Part shown: positions 8,788 to 16,134 of the stretch, one piece after another | How positions within the stretch are numbered: position 1 is the first letter of the stretch | Layout: the number at the start of each line of letters is the position of its first letter | NCBI RefSeq assembly: GCF_000018465.1 | Contig: NC_010085.1 | Location: 1,530,001-1,562,000, forward strand | DNA from: Nitrosopumilus maritimus SCM1 | Lineage (GTDB): Archaea; Thermoproteota; Nitrososphaeria; Nitrososphaerales; Nitrosopumilaceae | Direction: 5' to 3' | Length of the DNA: 32,000 nucleotides | Position numbers and translations under genes: made by a program | The notes under the pieces: generated by a model | The model's database searches: none | Told to the model about the DNA's origin: nothing | Seen by the model: only the letters and a program-made list of their open reading frames with translations

Positions 8788-8979
8788 TCAAGAGACTTTT
8801 TTTGTGCTATCATGTCTTGGTTGAGTTCTAAGTTTTACACCACAACATGGACACCGTAATGTAGGTATTTGAAAAAATCCCTCACAAACACTACAACGTT
8901 TGAATCCATTTAGATATTTATTTGATACAGCAACAGATGAAATGAATTCATTACAAACTCCTTTGCATCTATATGGCAC
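8788..8979 (-). CDS. Small cysteine-rich zinc-ribbon protein
   Basis: 63-aa ORF with GTG start. Cys pairs are CKGVC, CSVC and CPCC, followed by a basic tail. It is preceded by the bipartite promoter element at 8998..9035. Confidence 0.5.
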   Translation of the reverse strand: MPYRCKGVCNEFISSVAVSNKYLNGFKRCSVCEGFFQIPTLRCPCCGVKLRTQPRHDSTKKVS

Positions 8980-8997
8980 AAATATTTTTTTGTAGAG

Positions 8998-9035
8998 TCT
9001 AATTTAAGACAAGTGAATATTTTATTGTTGTACTA
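8998..9035 (-). promoter_or_regulatory. Bipartite upstream element TAGTACAAC-N22-AATTAGA, 18 nt before GTG 8979
   Basis: Reverse complement reads cTAGTACAAC aataaaatattcacttgtctta AATTAGA ctctacaaaaaaatattt GTG. Confidence 0.55.
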
Positions 9036-9041
9036 GTTTTT
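9020..9041. repeat. 22-nt exact direct repeat, copy 1 (ttttattgttgtactagttttt)
   Basis: Identical to 9350..9371. Both are followed within a few nt by aattttttt. Confidence 0.8.
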
Positions 9042-9069
9042 CGTGAATTTTTTTAAAATATAATTAAGA

Positions 9070-9273
9070 TCAAGTTGCCAACTCTGGCTTGATGTGCCAT
9101 ACTATTCCTAACATAATAAAGGGAATTGATATGATTCCAATTATCCCCAATATAGTATAGAAAGCAGATTCAGGGATATCAGGATTGTTAACAATCCAAG
9201 GTAATGGAAGTGTTACAATTACCCAAATTATTGCAAGTAAAATTATTGTTTTTGTTTTTCTATTAAAACTCAA
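9070..9273 (-). CDS. Small two-TM membrane protein
   Basis: 67-aa ORF with TTG start and two hydrophobic helices (IILLAIIWVIVTLPLPWIV, FYTILGIIGIISIPFIMLGIVW). Confidence 0.5.
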   Translation of the reverse strand: MSFNRKTKTIILLAIIWVIVTLPLPWIVNNPDIPESAFYTILGIIGIISIPFIMLGIVWHIKPELAT

Positions 9274-9349
9274 TTGGTAAATTTGTAATCAGCAGTTATT
9301 AATTTTATACGTTTTGTGTTAAAAAAATTTAAAGAATTAATTTTGTTTG

Positions 9350-9371
9350 TTTTATTGTTGTACTAGTTTTT
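9350..9371. repeat. 22-nt exact direct repeat, copy 2
   Basis: Identical to 9020..9041. It contains the TAGTACAAC 9-mer on the minus strand. Confidence 0.8.
9357..9365 (-). promoter_or_regulatory. TAGTACAAC copy 83 nt upstream of TTG 9273, without the AATTAGA half
   Basis: Exact 9-mer inside the 22-nt repeat copy 2. The downstream partner is AAATTAATTC rather than AATTAGA. Confidence 0.3.
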
Positions 9372-9387
9372 TTAATTTTTTTATTTT

Positions 9388-9555
9388 ATGTTATACGTTA
9401 AATATACAACAATACAACAAAAATTATTGAGTACATCAATATTGCCAGTAGAATCATATGAATTTCTATTTACAGAACCTCAAGAAGTATCATATCATTG
9501 CAAGTCTAATCCATGGATGAAAGGCGAAATCTCAGTAAAGAAGAGTAGATTCTAG
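9388..9555 (+). pseudogene. C-terminal fragment of an amicyanin-like cupredoxin, with the His ligand position occupied by Asn
   Basis: Hand translation gives MLYVKYTTIQQKLLSTSILPVESYEFLFTEPQEVSYHCKSNPWMKGEISVKKSRF*. Its tail aligns to ESWSYTFEKAGDYNYFCVIHPWMEGIIFVK of ORF 7367..8377. No N-terminal half (signal peptide, first His ligand) exists in any frame upstream. Confidence 0.55.
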
Positions 9556-10227
9556 TTGTTCAGATATCTATTTTCAATAATTTTAATCATGGGAATTTTC
9601 GTGAGTCCTGTATTTGCTCAAGAGGTAAAAAATCCATCATTAATTATTGAGACAATAGAGATTCCAGCCAAAGAATTTGACACAATTCAACGTGAGGCAT
9701 CAATTGTTGAATTAGATAATATTCATGCAATAAGTTGGCAAGTTACAATTGATAACAATCTCAATTATGTAAATTCAGAGGGGAATGCAGTCTTTAGACT
9801 CTATGATACCAACTCTGAAGATAAATTCATCGAGATAGGTATGGGTTCAAAACCTGAAGACAAGTTTTGGGTTGCAGTGCAGACTCCAAAAGAAGGATAT
9901 GTTGTAGTTCACAAGGATTTGGAGAGAGGATGGTATCCAGAAGCTAAATCCATCGCATCCTTTACTGACAGAGCAGGGCTGACTGTAAATAACGGAGCAA
10001 GAATTGTAGTTACTAATCTAGACATTGGAGAATTTGCAATTGGTTCTTACTCAGTGTATGGAAAAGAAGGTTCTACTGAACCTACTGCAGTAAATACAGG
10101 CAGTCTAATTTTAGAAATAATGTCAGGAGATCCTGCAAAGAATATTTTTGCGCTATTTCCATTTTACATAGCTGCAGGTGTGGGGATCATAGTAGGAGTA
10201 CTTTACATAACTAAAAAGCGTTCATAG
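9556..10227 (+). CDS. Secreted protein with C-terminal TM anchor and basic tail, unknown function
   Basis: 223-aa ORF. TTG start directly follows the TAG of the fragment ORF. Signal peptide is LFSIILIMGIFVSPVFA|QE. C-terminal TM is FALFPFYIAAGVGIIVGVLYI followed by TKKRS. Confidence 0.75.
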   Translation: MFRYLFSIILIMGIFVSPVFAQEVKNPSLIIETIEIPAKEFDTIQREASIVELDNIHAISWQVTIDNNLNYVNSEGNAVFRLYDTNSEDKFIEIGMGSKPEDKFWVAVQTPKEGYVVVHKDLERGWYPEAKSIASFTDRAGLTVNNGARIVVTNLDIGEFAIGSYSVYGKEGSTEPTAVNTGSLILEIMSGDPAKNIFALFPFYIAAGVGIIVGVLYITKKRS

Positions 10228-10270
10228 TGGTACAAATGATTGTTATTAACAAGTCTAAAACAGGTTTTGG

Positions 10271-10423
10271 ATGATGAATTCTATATTAATTATGATAATT
10301 ATTCTTGTATTAACAATTGTCATACTTTTTGTAATTCCTTTTCCAATATCTATTGAATATTGTAATGTAGAATTTATGCAAGATACAATCTATGAATTAC
10401 AGACAAAATGTTGGTCTCGGTAA
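10271..10423 (+). CDS. Candidate 50-aa single-TM mini-protein (hand-translated)
   Basis: ATG ORF: MMNSILIMIIILVLTIVILFVIPFPISIEYCNVEFMQDTIYELQTKCWSR*. It has a clean TM helix plus a polar tail with two Cys. It lies below the track cutoff and has no homology evidence. Confidence 0.3.
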   Translation: MMNSILIMIIILVLTIVILFVIPFPISIEYCNVEFMQDTIYELQTKCWSR

Positions 10424-10578
10424 TTAAATCATAATAGTGGTCAAAATACCAATAAAGATAGAAAGACTCACATATCAATATCCATTCTTCAAATAATCCA
10501 ACCTAAAAACCAAAGCTCAATTTACAAAATTTGGTTTGCACGCCAATACTGTTTACATATTATTGGCTACGCATGAAA

Positions 10579-11460
10579 TTATTGTTTTTTGTACAAAAGA
10601 TAGATCCCAGTTAAGATTATCCCCATTGCAATTATTTGGACATGGCTGATTTGTTCTTGCAAAAATATTGCTGCAAAGATAAGACCAAAAACAGAAGATG
10701 TTGAAAAGATCATTATTGTTTTTACAGTTCCAATTCTTTTCAAACCCTGTAAAAATAGAAAGATAGATGCACCAAATCCTGCAATTCCTAAAAGTAGGAT
10801 GTTTGGTAGATGTTCTAATTCTATGTTGATAGGAATTTGCAGTAAAAATACCAATAGCAAAAGAATAGAACCTCCAATTAGAGATTTTAGTTGAACAATT
10901 CTTGCAATATCTAATCGTGTGCTTAGGATTTTGCTTAGATTGTTATCTAAAGCCCAAAACAAAGTGGCTCCAATAATGAGAAAATTTCCTTGATTCCTAA
11001 CATCAAATACAGAATAAGAAAATTCCATATCCGTAGTTACTAGTATCACTCCTGCAATCACTATTGCAACAGCAAGATAACCAATCGTAGTAATTTTTTC
11101 TCTAAACAACAAGATTGCAAGAAATACTGAGAAGATGATTTCCCCATTTAGCAATAATGCAGAATTTGAAGCACTTGAATTTTCCAATCCTGTGAAAAAT
11201 AACATTGGTCCAATTACTGCACCTGAGAAGGCAATAGTTAGCAATAACCATTTGTCTTTGAAAGAAATTGAAGAATTCTTTTTTGAAATTAATGGAGTTG
11301 CAACCAATGAAGCTAGAAAATAGACCAGAGATGCAAGCAATATTGGATGTATTGTAATTAGTGATGGTTTTGCAACAGCAGATACAGAACCAAACAATAA
11401 AGCAGCAAGTATTGCTGAGATATATCCAAACTTTGTTTGGTTAATTGATGCAAAATTCAA
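10579..11460 (-). CDS. EamA/DMT-superfamily transporter (about 10 TM)
   Basis: 293-aa ORF with two five-TM halves typical of duplicated EamA domains. Its TTG start overlaps the upstream TGA as TTGA. Confidence 0.85.
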   Translation of the reverse strand: MNFASINQTKFGYISAILAALLFGSVSAVAKPSLITIHPILLASLVYFLASLVATPLISKKNSSISFKDKWLLLTIAFSGAVIGPMLFFTGLENSSASNSALLLNGEIIFSVFLAILLFREKITTIGYLAVAIVIAGVILVTTDMEFSYSVFDVRNQGNFLIIGATLFWALDNNLSKILSTRLDIARIVQLKSLIGGSILLLLVFLLQIPINIELEHLPNILLLGIAGFGASIFLFLQGLKRIGTVKTIMIFSTSSVFGLIFAAIFLQEQISHVQIIAMGIILTGIYLLYKKQ

Positions 11461-11726
11461 GCAAACTCAATCTGAAAAATACCATGCAGTTGTATATGTA
11501 CTGACTTGAAGCTGCCATTACATTGAAAAAGGCGACGTTTTCCGTGTGTGTGAAGAATCCCTGTAGATATCACTAATTCATGGTCTTCAAGAAGGCGTAT
11601 TATTTTGTAAACAGTAGTAATTTGGATTTTAGTTTCAATAGAAATTTCTTTGACTGACTTTGGAGTTTTTTGAATGCTCAGTAATATTTCGTTACAATAA
11701 TCAAAATGATTTTCTAATTTCATCAT
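11457..11726 (-). CDS. Small winged-helix transcriptional regulator (ArsR-like)
   Basis: 89-aa ORF with ATG start. HTH segment is PKSVKEISIETKIQITTVYKIIRLLEDHELV. It is translationally coupled to the transporter gene. Confidence 0.7.
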   Translation of the reverse strand: MMKLENHFDYCNEILLSIQKTPKSVKEISIETKIQITTVYKIIRLLEDHELVISTGILHTHGKRRLFQCNGSFKSVHIQLHGIFQIEFA

Positions 11727-11746
11727 TAGACAAAATGGAATTTGAC

Positions 11747-11783
11747 ACTAATGAATTGATGTTGTTGTTTGAGAGTTGTACTA
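11747..11783 (-). promoter_or_regulatory. Related element TAGTACAAC-N22-ATTAGT, 20 nt before ATG 11726
   Basis: Reverse complement reads tTAGTACAAC tctcaaacaacaacatcaattc ATTAGT gtcaaattccattttgtcta ATG. Confidence 0.4.
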
Positions 11784-11869
11784 ATCTCTCCCTAACTGTT
11801 TAATCGTTCAATGATTACCTGTTTAATCTAGAGTTATAATATAGAATCTTTATTACATTTTGATGTTAA

Positions 11870-12235
11870 ATGAGCGAGCAATCAAAGAATTTTTTTACTT
11901 CGATTCTGTTATTTTTTCTAGCCGGTCTTTGTGAGATTGGCGGAGGATATTTGGTATGGCTCTGGATTCGTGAAGATTTTGGTTTTGTATTAGGAGCAGT
12001 TGGTGGTTTTGTATTATTTTTGTATGGAATAGTTCCAACATTTCAGAAAACTCACTTTCATAGAATCTATGCAGCTTATGGAGGAGTCTTTATTGTAATG
12101 TCAGTGTTTTGGGGTTGGTTAATTGACGGTGTACAACCTGACAACTATGACATCATTGGGACAATAATTGCAGTAATTGGAGTCTTGATGATTTTCTACT
12201 ATCCAAGAAAAGGAGAAAAGATTTGGTTGAAGTAG
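11870..12235 (+). CDS. ynfA: YnfA/UPF0060-family small four-TM membrane protein, copy 1
   Basis: 121 aa. LCEIGGGYLVWLWIRE, RIYAAYGGVFIV and DGVQPDNYDIIGTIIAVIGVLMI match the E. coli YnfA pattern (LCEI..G..L.WLW, RVYAAYGGVY, DGV....D..G..IA). Confidence 0.85.
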   Translation: MSEQSKNFFTSILLFFLAGLCEIGGGYLVWLWIREDFGFVLGAVGGFVLFLYGIVPTFQKTHFHRIYAAYGGVFIVMSVFWGWLIDGVQPDNYDIIGTIIAVIGVLMIFYYPRKGEKIWLK

Positions 12236-12552
12236 CATCAACTGTTGGAGTGTTCTTTTTTGCGGCACTCTTGGAAATTGGCGGAGGATATTTGGTATGG
12301 AAATGGTTGCGTGATCATAAAGGAAAAGTTCTAGGATTAATTGGAGGTTTGGTCTTGTTTTCTTATGGGATTGTAATGACTTTGCAGCCAGCAGATTTTG
12401 GCAAAGTCTATGCTACTTATGGCGGAATCTTTGTCGTATCATCAATAATTTGGGGATACTGGGTTGACAAGAAAAGACCAGACAGATATGAAGTGATTGG
12501 TTCAGTAGTTGTTTTGATTGGTGTTACAATCATGTTTTACTGGCCACGTTAG
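12223..12552 (+). CDS. ynfA: YnfA/UPF0060-family small four-TM membrane protein, copy 2
   Basis: 109 aa with LLEIGGGYLVWKWLRD and KVYATYGGIFVV. TTG start overlaps copy 1 by 13 nt and is preceded by GGAG (12212..12215) at 7-nt spacing. Confidence 0.85.
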   Translation: MVEVASTVGVFFFAALLEIGGGYLVWKWLRDHKGKVLGLIGGLVLFSYGIVMTLQPADFGKVYATYGGIFVVSSIIWGYWVDKKRPDRYEVIGSVVVLIGVTIMFYWPR

Positions 12553-12606
12553 GCTCACAGACCAACCAACAACTCGCCTCTTTGTTAACTAAAACAGTAT
12601 CAATTT

Positions 12607-13926
12607 TTAAAATCCAAGAGTTCTATACAAATTTCCTAAAGATGAACTACGTCTTCCTGAAGACAGTAATTTGAGTCGTTTGGATGCTTGTGCTGCAGCT
12701 TCTTTTTTCTTTTTTGATTCCACAACACTAGGCCACCAGTCAGGAAAACAAGAGTTACCAATTAGTTCCGGATCAACTGAAAGTTTGAACTGACTGCCAT
12801 ATCCATGTCTGCCCTTGGATTCTGTCTTTGATACTGCAATACCAGAGTTTACCAATTCAACTAGCATCTCAGAGAACCTCCGATAGGATATCTGCCTAGT
12901 ATCAGGCGATATAATCTTCTGATACTGTTTGAACAGATCAGATGTGCTGTGCCATCCTTCATCATTGATATATGTGAGTCTGGAGAGTGCAGCACATGCA
13001 AGCCTGAAATGATACGAGCCTCCAGAGATGATAGTAGTTATTTGATTTTTTTGCAGTTGGGAGACTGCCTTATCCACGTGTTTTTTTGAAATTTTTTCAT
13101 TTTCAGTTCCTGCAATCTCACCGCTTGTTCTTAGAAGATCAATTGCGCGTCTTGCATCACCGTGCTCTTCAGAACTGATATCAGCGCAATACTGCAAAAC
13201 ATCATCATCTATTTTTTTCAAAAATGATTTTTTTGCTCTATTACGAATTATCTTTAACACATCACTTTGAGAATAAGAATCAAAATAAATCTCAGAAGTG
13301 CCAATTCTCGATACTACTCTGTCATCTAAATTAAATTCAGATAATACCTTGTTTGATATAGTTACAATACACATGTGTCTTTTTAGTGTACGAAGCTTTT
13401 CAACTAGGACAACAATCTTGTAAACAAAGTCCGAAGGCTTGCCTCGTTTGTCATAGAATAACGTATCAAATTCATCAAGACATAATACAAAAATAGAATT
13501 ATCAGATTTTTCAAGTTTTTGTAAAATTAGTTTCTCAAATATTCCAAAAGCATAATTCATGCCCTGAGCGTTTTTGAGATTTTCATGGCCTAGTTCAGAC
13601 AATATCAGATTAATGCATCCAAAAACTGTTTTTGCTTTTCTTAAATTGACATAACAAAAATCAACATCCAAGTTTTGGCAAACAAACTGAACAATGGTAG
13701 ACTTGCCTGAACCACTCCTTCCATAAATTGATACAAGTGGAACAACTAGTCCCTTTTCATAAGATAGCAAGAACTTTACGAGTTTCTTTGATTCAGATTC
13801 CCTTCCAATAATGGAGTTTGTGACAGATAGATTGTCAAGAAATGACTTGTCTGAAAATATAGAATTCTGTGCACGTACATCACCTACAATCTTCTCTAGC
13901 GCTTTTTTGTCCACATAATGTTCCAC
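12607..13926 (-). CDS. cdc6: Orc1/Cdc6 AAA+ replication initiator
   Basis: 439 aa. Motifs are IIGRESE, Walker A GRSGSGKST, Walker B LCLDEFD, and a C-terminal winged-helix segment (SYRRFSEMLVELVNSGIAV). There is an extra ~50-aa basic/Ser-rich tail. GTG start at 13926, with a second in-frame GTG at 13914. Confidence 0.9.
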   Translation of the reverse strand: MEHYVDKKALEKIVGDVRAQNSIFSDKSFLDNLSVTNSIIGRESESKKLVKFLLSYEKGLVVPLVSIYGRSGSGKSTIVQFVCQNLDVDFCYVNLRKAKTVFGCINLILSELGHENLKNAQGMNYAFGIFEKLILQKLEKSDNSIFVLCLDEFDTLFYDKRGKPSDFVYKIVVLVEKLRTLKRHMCIVTISNKVLSEFNLDDRVVSRIGTSEIYFDSYSQSDVLKIIRNRAKKSFLKKIDDDVLQYCADISSEEHGDARRAIDLLRTSGEIAGTENEKISKKHVDKAVSQLQKNQITTIISGGSYHFRLACAALSRLTYINDEGWHSTSDLFKQYQKIISPDTRQISYRRFSEMLVELVNSGIAVSKTESKGRHGYGSQFKLSVDPELIGNSCFPDWWPSVVESKKKKEAAAQASKRLKLLSSGRRSSSLGNLYRTLGF

Positions 13927-13990
13927 TAGAAACTCATATATAATTACTGGAGGAATTTTTATGCCTAGATTAGAGGAAAGTTATCAAAAA

Positions 13991-15379
13991 TTACATCCTA
14001 ATGAGAGAAAAAGTCTCATATTTTCTGGCAATTACAATTATTCCAATTATAGAAACAACAAGTATCAAAATTGCAATAGTACCAAATTCAGGTGCAACCA
14101 TTATTCCAAACTCAGTTTCTTGTCCAGTATTTCGTATGTTTTCAAATTTAATTGTTGTAGGACCTGTTTGGTCTTCAGCAAATGTGAATTTTTCAAATTC
14201 ACCACCAACTGTTGCAGTTCCAGATACCCGGTATAACTCCGCTCCATTTTGAATGATTACAAAAGAATAATCAGAATTTCTTAAAGGTTCATTTGTCCAT
14301 CCGTCTCTAATAGTAAAGACAAAGTTTGTTTCAACTCCTGGTTCAAGATCTATAGGATCCCATGACAAGTTTACTTTGAAGTCTTCACTCTTTGTAAATG
14401 CCTCTAATGGAAATGATATTTTTTCATTTGTAGTTAAAGTGAAAACAATATTGTCTGGTAGTGGCTCATCAGATTTTTTCATCTCATTTTTTATGAATCT
14501 TAGATGGTCTTGCAATAAAACAAAGTGAACTATTCTCTCATCTTCTTCTGTGTAATCATCAATTGATACTGAAGCTTTGAACAACTCAATTCCATTTGCG
14601 TATCCTGAATAACTAGGACTCAAAAATTCAATGAAATGTTTTGGAAAATGTACTTCTTCGTGCACAACTGTAACGTGAGACATGCTGTTCTCACTCCAAT
14701 CAAAAGGCATCTCAAAAGTTACTTGTTTTGTTGCAGGATCATATTGGAAATTTTGGATTTTATCAAAATAAGATTTCATTCTAAATTCTACATCATTTCC
14801 TTCAGTATCTTCTTGAGGATGAGAAGTGGTTTCAACAAGTGTCAAATCTGCACGATATACACCTGAATCTTCTATGATGTTAGTTGGCTCATCAATGGTT
14901 CTAACTTCAATCTCAAAAGTAAACAATCCACCTGAATCAAAGACGGGGCCTGCAATCTCTATTGGAGATGATTCAGTTGCATGATATGCTCCCAAAAGTG
15001 AATCTTGCTCTCCATTAATTACAAAATTATCATATCCTTGTTGTGATAGTACAGTTATTGGTAAAACACCATTTTCTGTGAAAAAGTAGTTTCTGAAAAT
15101 CATCTCATTGCTATGGAACAATCCAATGAGAAATGTCACATTTTTTGCAGGCTCGTCTGTCTCTTTGTCAGTTGCAGTAATTGTGATTTGTTCTTGCTCA
15201 CTTTCAAAGTACATTGGCATCTCAACTGAAATTGAGATTTCTTTTCCAGCAACATCTACTGAAGATATAGTATCAATTCCCAATCCATGACCATAAACAC
15301 TACTAGCTGGAAACAGCAAACATGCGGCTAGAGCCAAAATTGAAAGTTTTGTAATTGACATCATATCAAATCTTATCAA
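13991..15379 (-). CDS. PEFG-CTERM surface protein, paralog of 4989..6710 (one copy of the ~95-aa domain)
   Basis: 462 aa. The longest ORF starts at TTG 15379; a likely ATG is at 15364. The signal peptide ends ..SSVYG|HGLG. Blocks shared with the paralog are GPVFDSGGLF, FEMPFDWS, VVHEEV and IDDYTEEDERIVHFVL. The C-terminus is MVAPEFG + TM + ARKY. Confidence 0.85.
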   Translation of the reverse strand: MIRFDMMSITKLSILALAACLLFPASSVYGHGLGIDTISSVDVAGKEISISVEMPMYFESEQEQITITATDKETDEPAKNVTFLIGLFHSNEMIFRNYFFTENGVLPITVLSQQGYDNFVINGEQDSLLGAYHATESSPIEIAGPVFDSGGLFTFEIEVRTIDEPTNIIEDSGVYRADLTLVETTSHPQEDTEGNDVEFRMKSYFDKIQNFQYDPATKQVTFEMPFDWSENSMSHVTVVHEEVHFPKHFIEFLSPSYSGYANGIELFKASVSIDDYTEEDERIVHFVLLQDHLRFIKNEMKKSDEPLPDNIVFTLTTNEKISFPLEAFTKSEDFKVNLSWDPIDLEPGVETNFVFTIRDGWTNEPLRNSDYSFVIIQNGAELYRVSGTATVGGEFEKFTFAEDQTGPTTIKFENIRNTGQETEFGIMVAPEFGTIAILILVVSIIGIIVIARKYETFSLIRM

Positions 15380-15382
15380 GGG

Positions 15383-16096
15383 TTATTTTATTGTCAGTAA
15401 TTCTTCAACCTTTTGAAGTAATTCATCCATTGTTGTGGCCTCTAGTATTGGTTGCAAGTCATTAGGATCTTTTGCGCCAAGTGCAGATAGCGAATAGATG
15501 TAATCAATTGTAGGAGTATCAGTTGTAAGATAGTATTGTTCTAAAACATGTTCTAATGAATGGGGGTCAACTACTTGCGGCAATGCCTGTTTGATAATCT
15601 TCTTCTTCCACATAGCAACTAGCTCTTCCCATTGTTCTAGTGAGATGTTCTCATCAATTTCAGGAATCATTTCAACTTCAGCTTGAATGTACATTTTTGC
15701 TTCGGTTCCAATTTTTTCGTGTATCTCAGAGATTTGTTGATGACCTTCAACTGAAAGTGGATCATAGTTTTCAGGTTGAGGAATTGAAGGTGGAATAATT
15801 TTTTTAATTCTAAATGAATTTCTGCCTAGTGTTTCAATGTGGAGTTGCAGTCCATCCATTTCAACGTCTGAGCATTTTGTAATTTTTGCAATGGTTCCTA
15901 CCATTTTAGGAGAGTTCCAACCACTAACAGAATTTGTCTCATCAATCAGACATACACCAAACTGACCATCACCTAGCATGCAGTCATCAACTAGCTGCTT
16001 GTAGCGGGGCTCAAAAATTCTCAAAGGAAGTTCTTGTCTAGGGAACAAGACCAAGTCCAATGGAAAAATTGGAATGACTCTAGTTTCTGCCAACAA
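15383..16096 (-). CDS. Stand-alone Lon N-terminal (LonN, PUA-like) domain protein
   Basis: 237 aa. IPIFPLDLVLFPRQELPLRIFEPRYKQLVDDC is the hallmark start of the Lon substrate-binding domain. TTG start. No AAA+ or protease part. Confidence 0.8.
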   Translation of the reverse strand: MLAETRVIPIFPLDLVLFPRQELPLRIFEPRYKQLVDDCMLGDGQFGVCLIDETNSVSGWNSPKMVGTIAKITKCSDVEMDGLQLHIETLGRNSFRIKKIIPPSIPQPENYDPLSVEGHQQISEIHEKIGTEAKMYIQAEVEMIPEIDENISLEQWEELVAMWKKKIIKQALPQVVDPHSLEHVLEQYYLTTDTPTIDYIYSLSALGAKDPNDLQPILEATTMDELLQKVEELLTIK

Positions 16097-16134
16097 TGAT
16101 GTTCAAACGTCTCTAGATATATGGAATACGGATT

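Noticed and set aside
9020-9371. Possible CRISPR-like or MITE-like repeat
   Set aside because: There are only two copies, 330 bp apart, each in promoter position before a small gene. I see no cas genes, no regular spacing and no terminal inverted repeats.
10271-10277. Perfect C-box-like ATGATGA (possible C/D box sRNA)
   Set aside because: There is no D box (CTGA) or C'/D' pair at the appropriate distance. The site coincides with the start of a plausible mini-ORF.
10542-10567. Inverted repeat GCCAATA-N12-TATTGGC just downstream of the EamA gene stop
   Set aside because: It is a short 7-bp stem in A/T-rich DNA. It could be a terminator hairpin, but archaeal termination mainly uses oligo-T, so it is not strong enough to call.
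13927-13990. Replication origin next to orc1/cdc6
   Set aside because: The spacer is only 64 bp and has no repeated ORB-like element that I can see.
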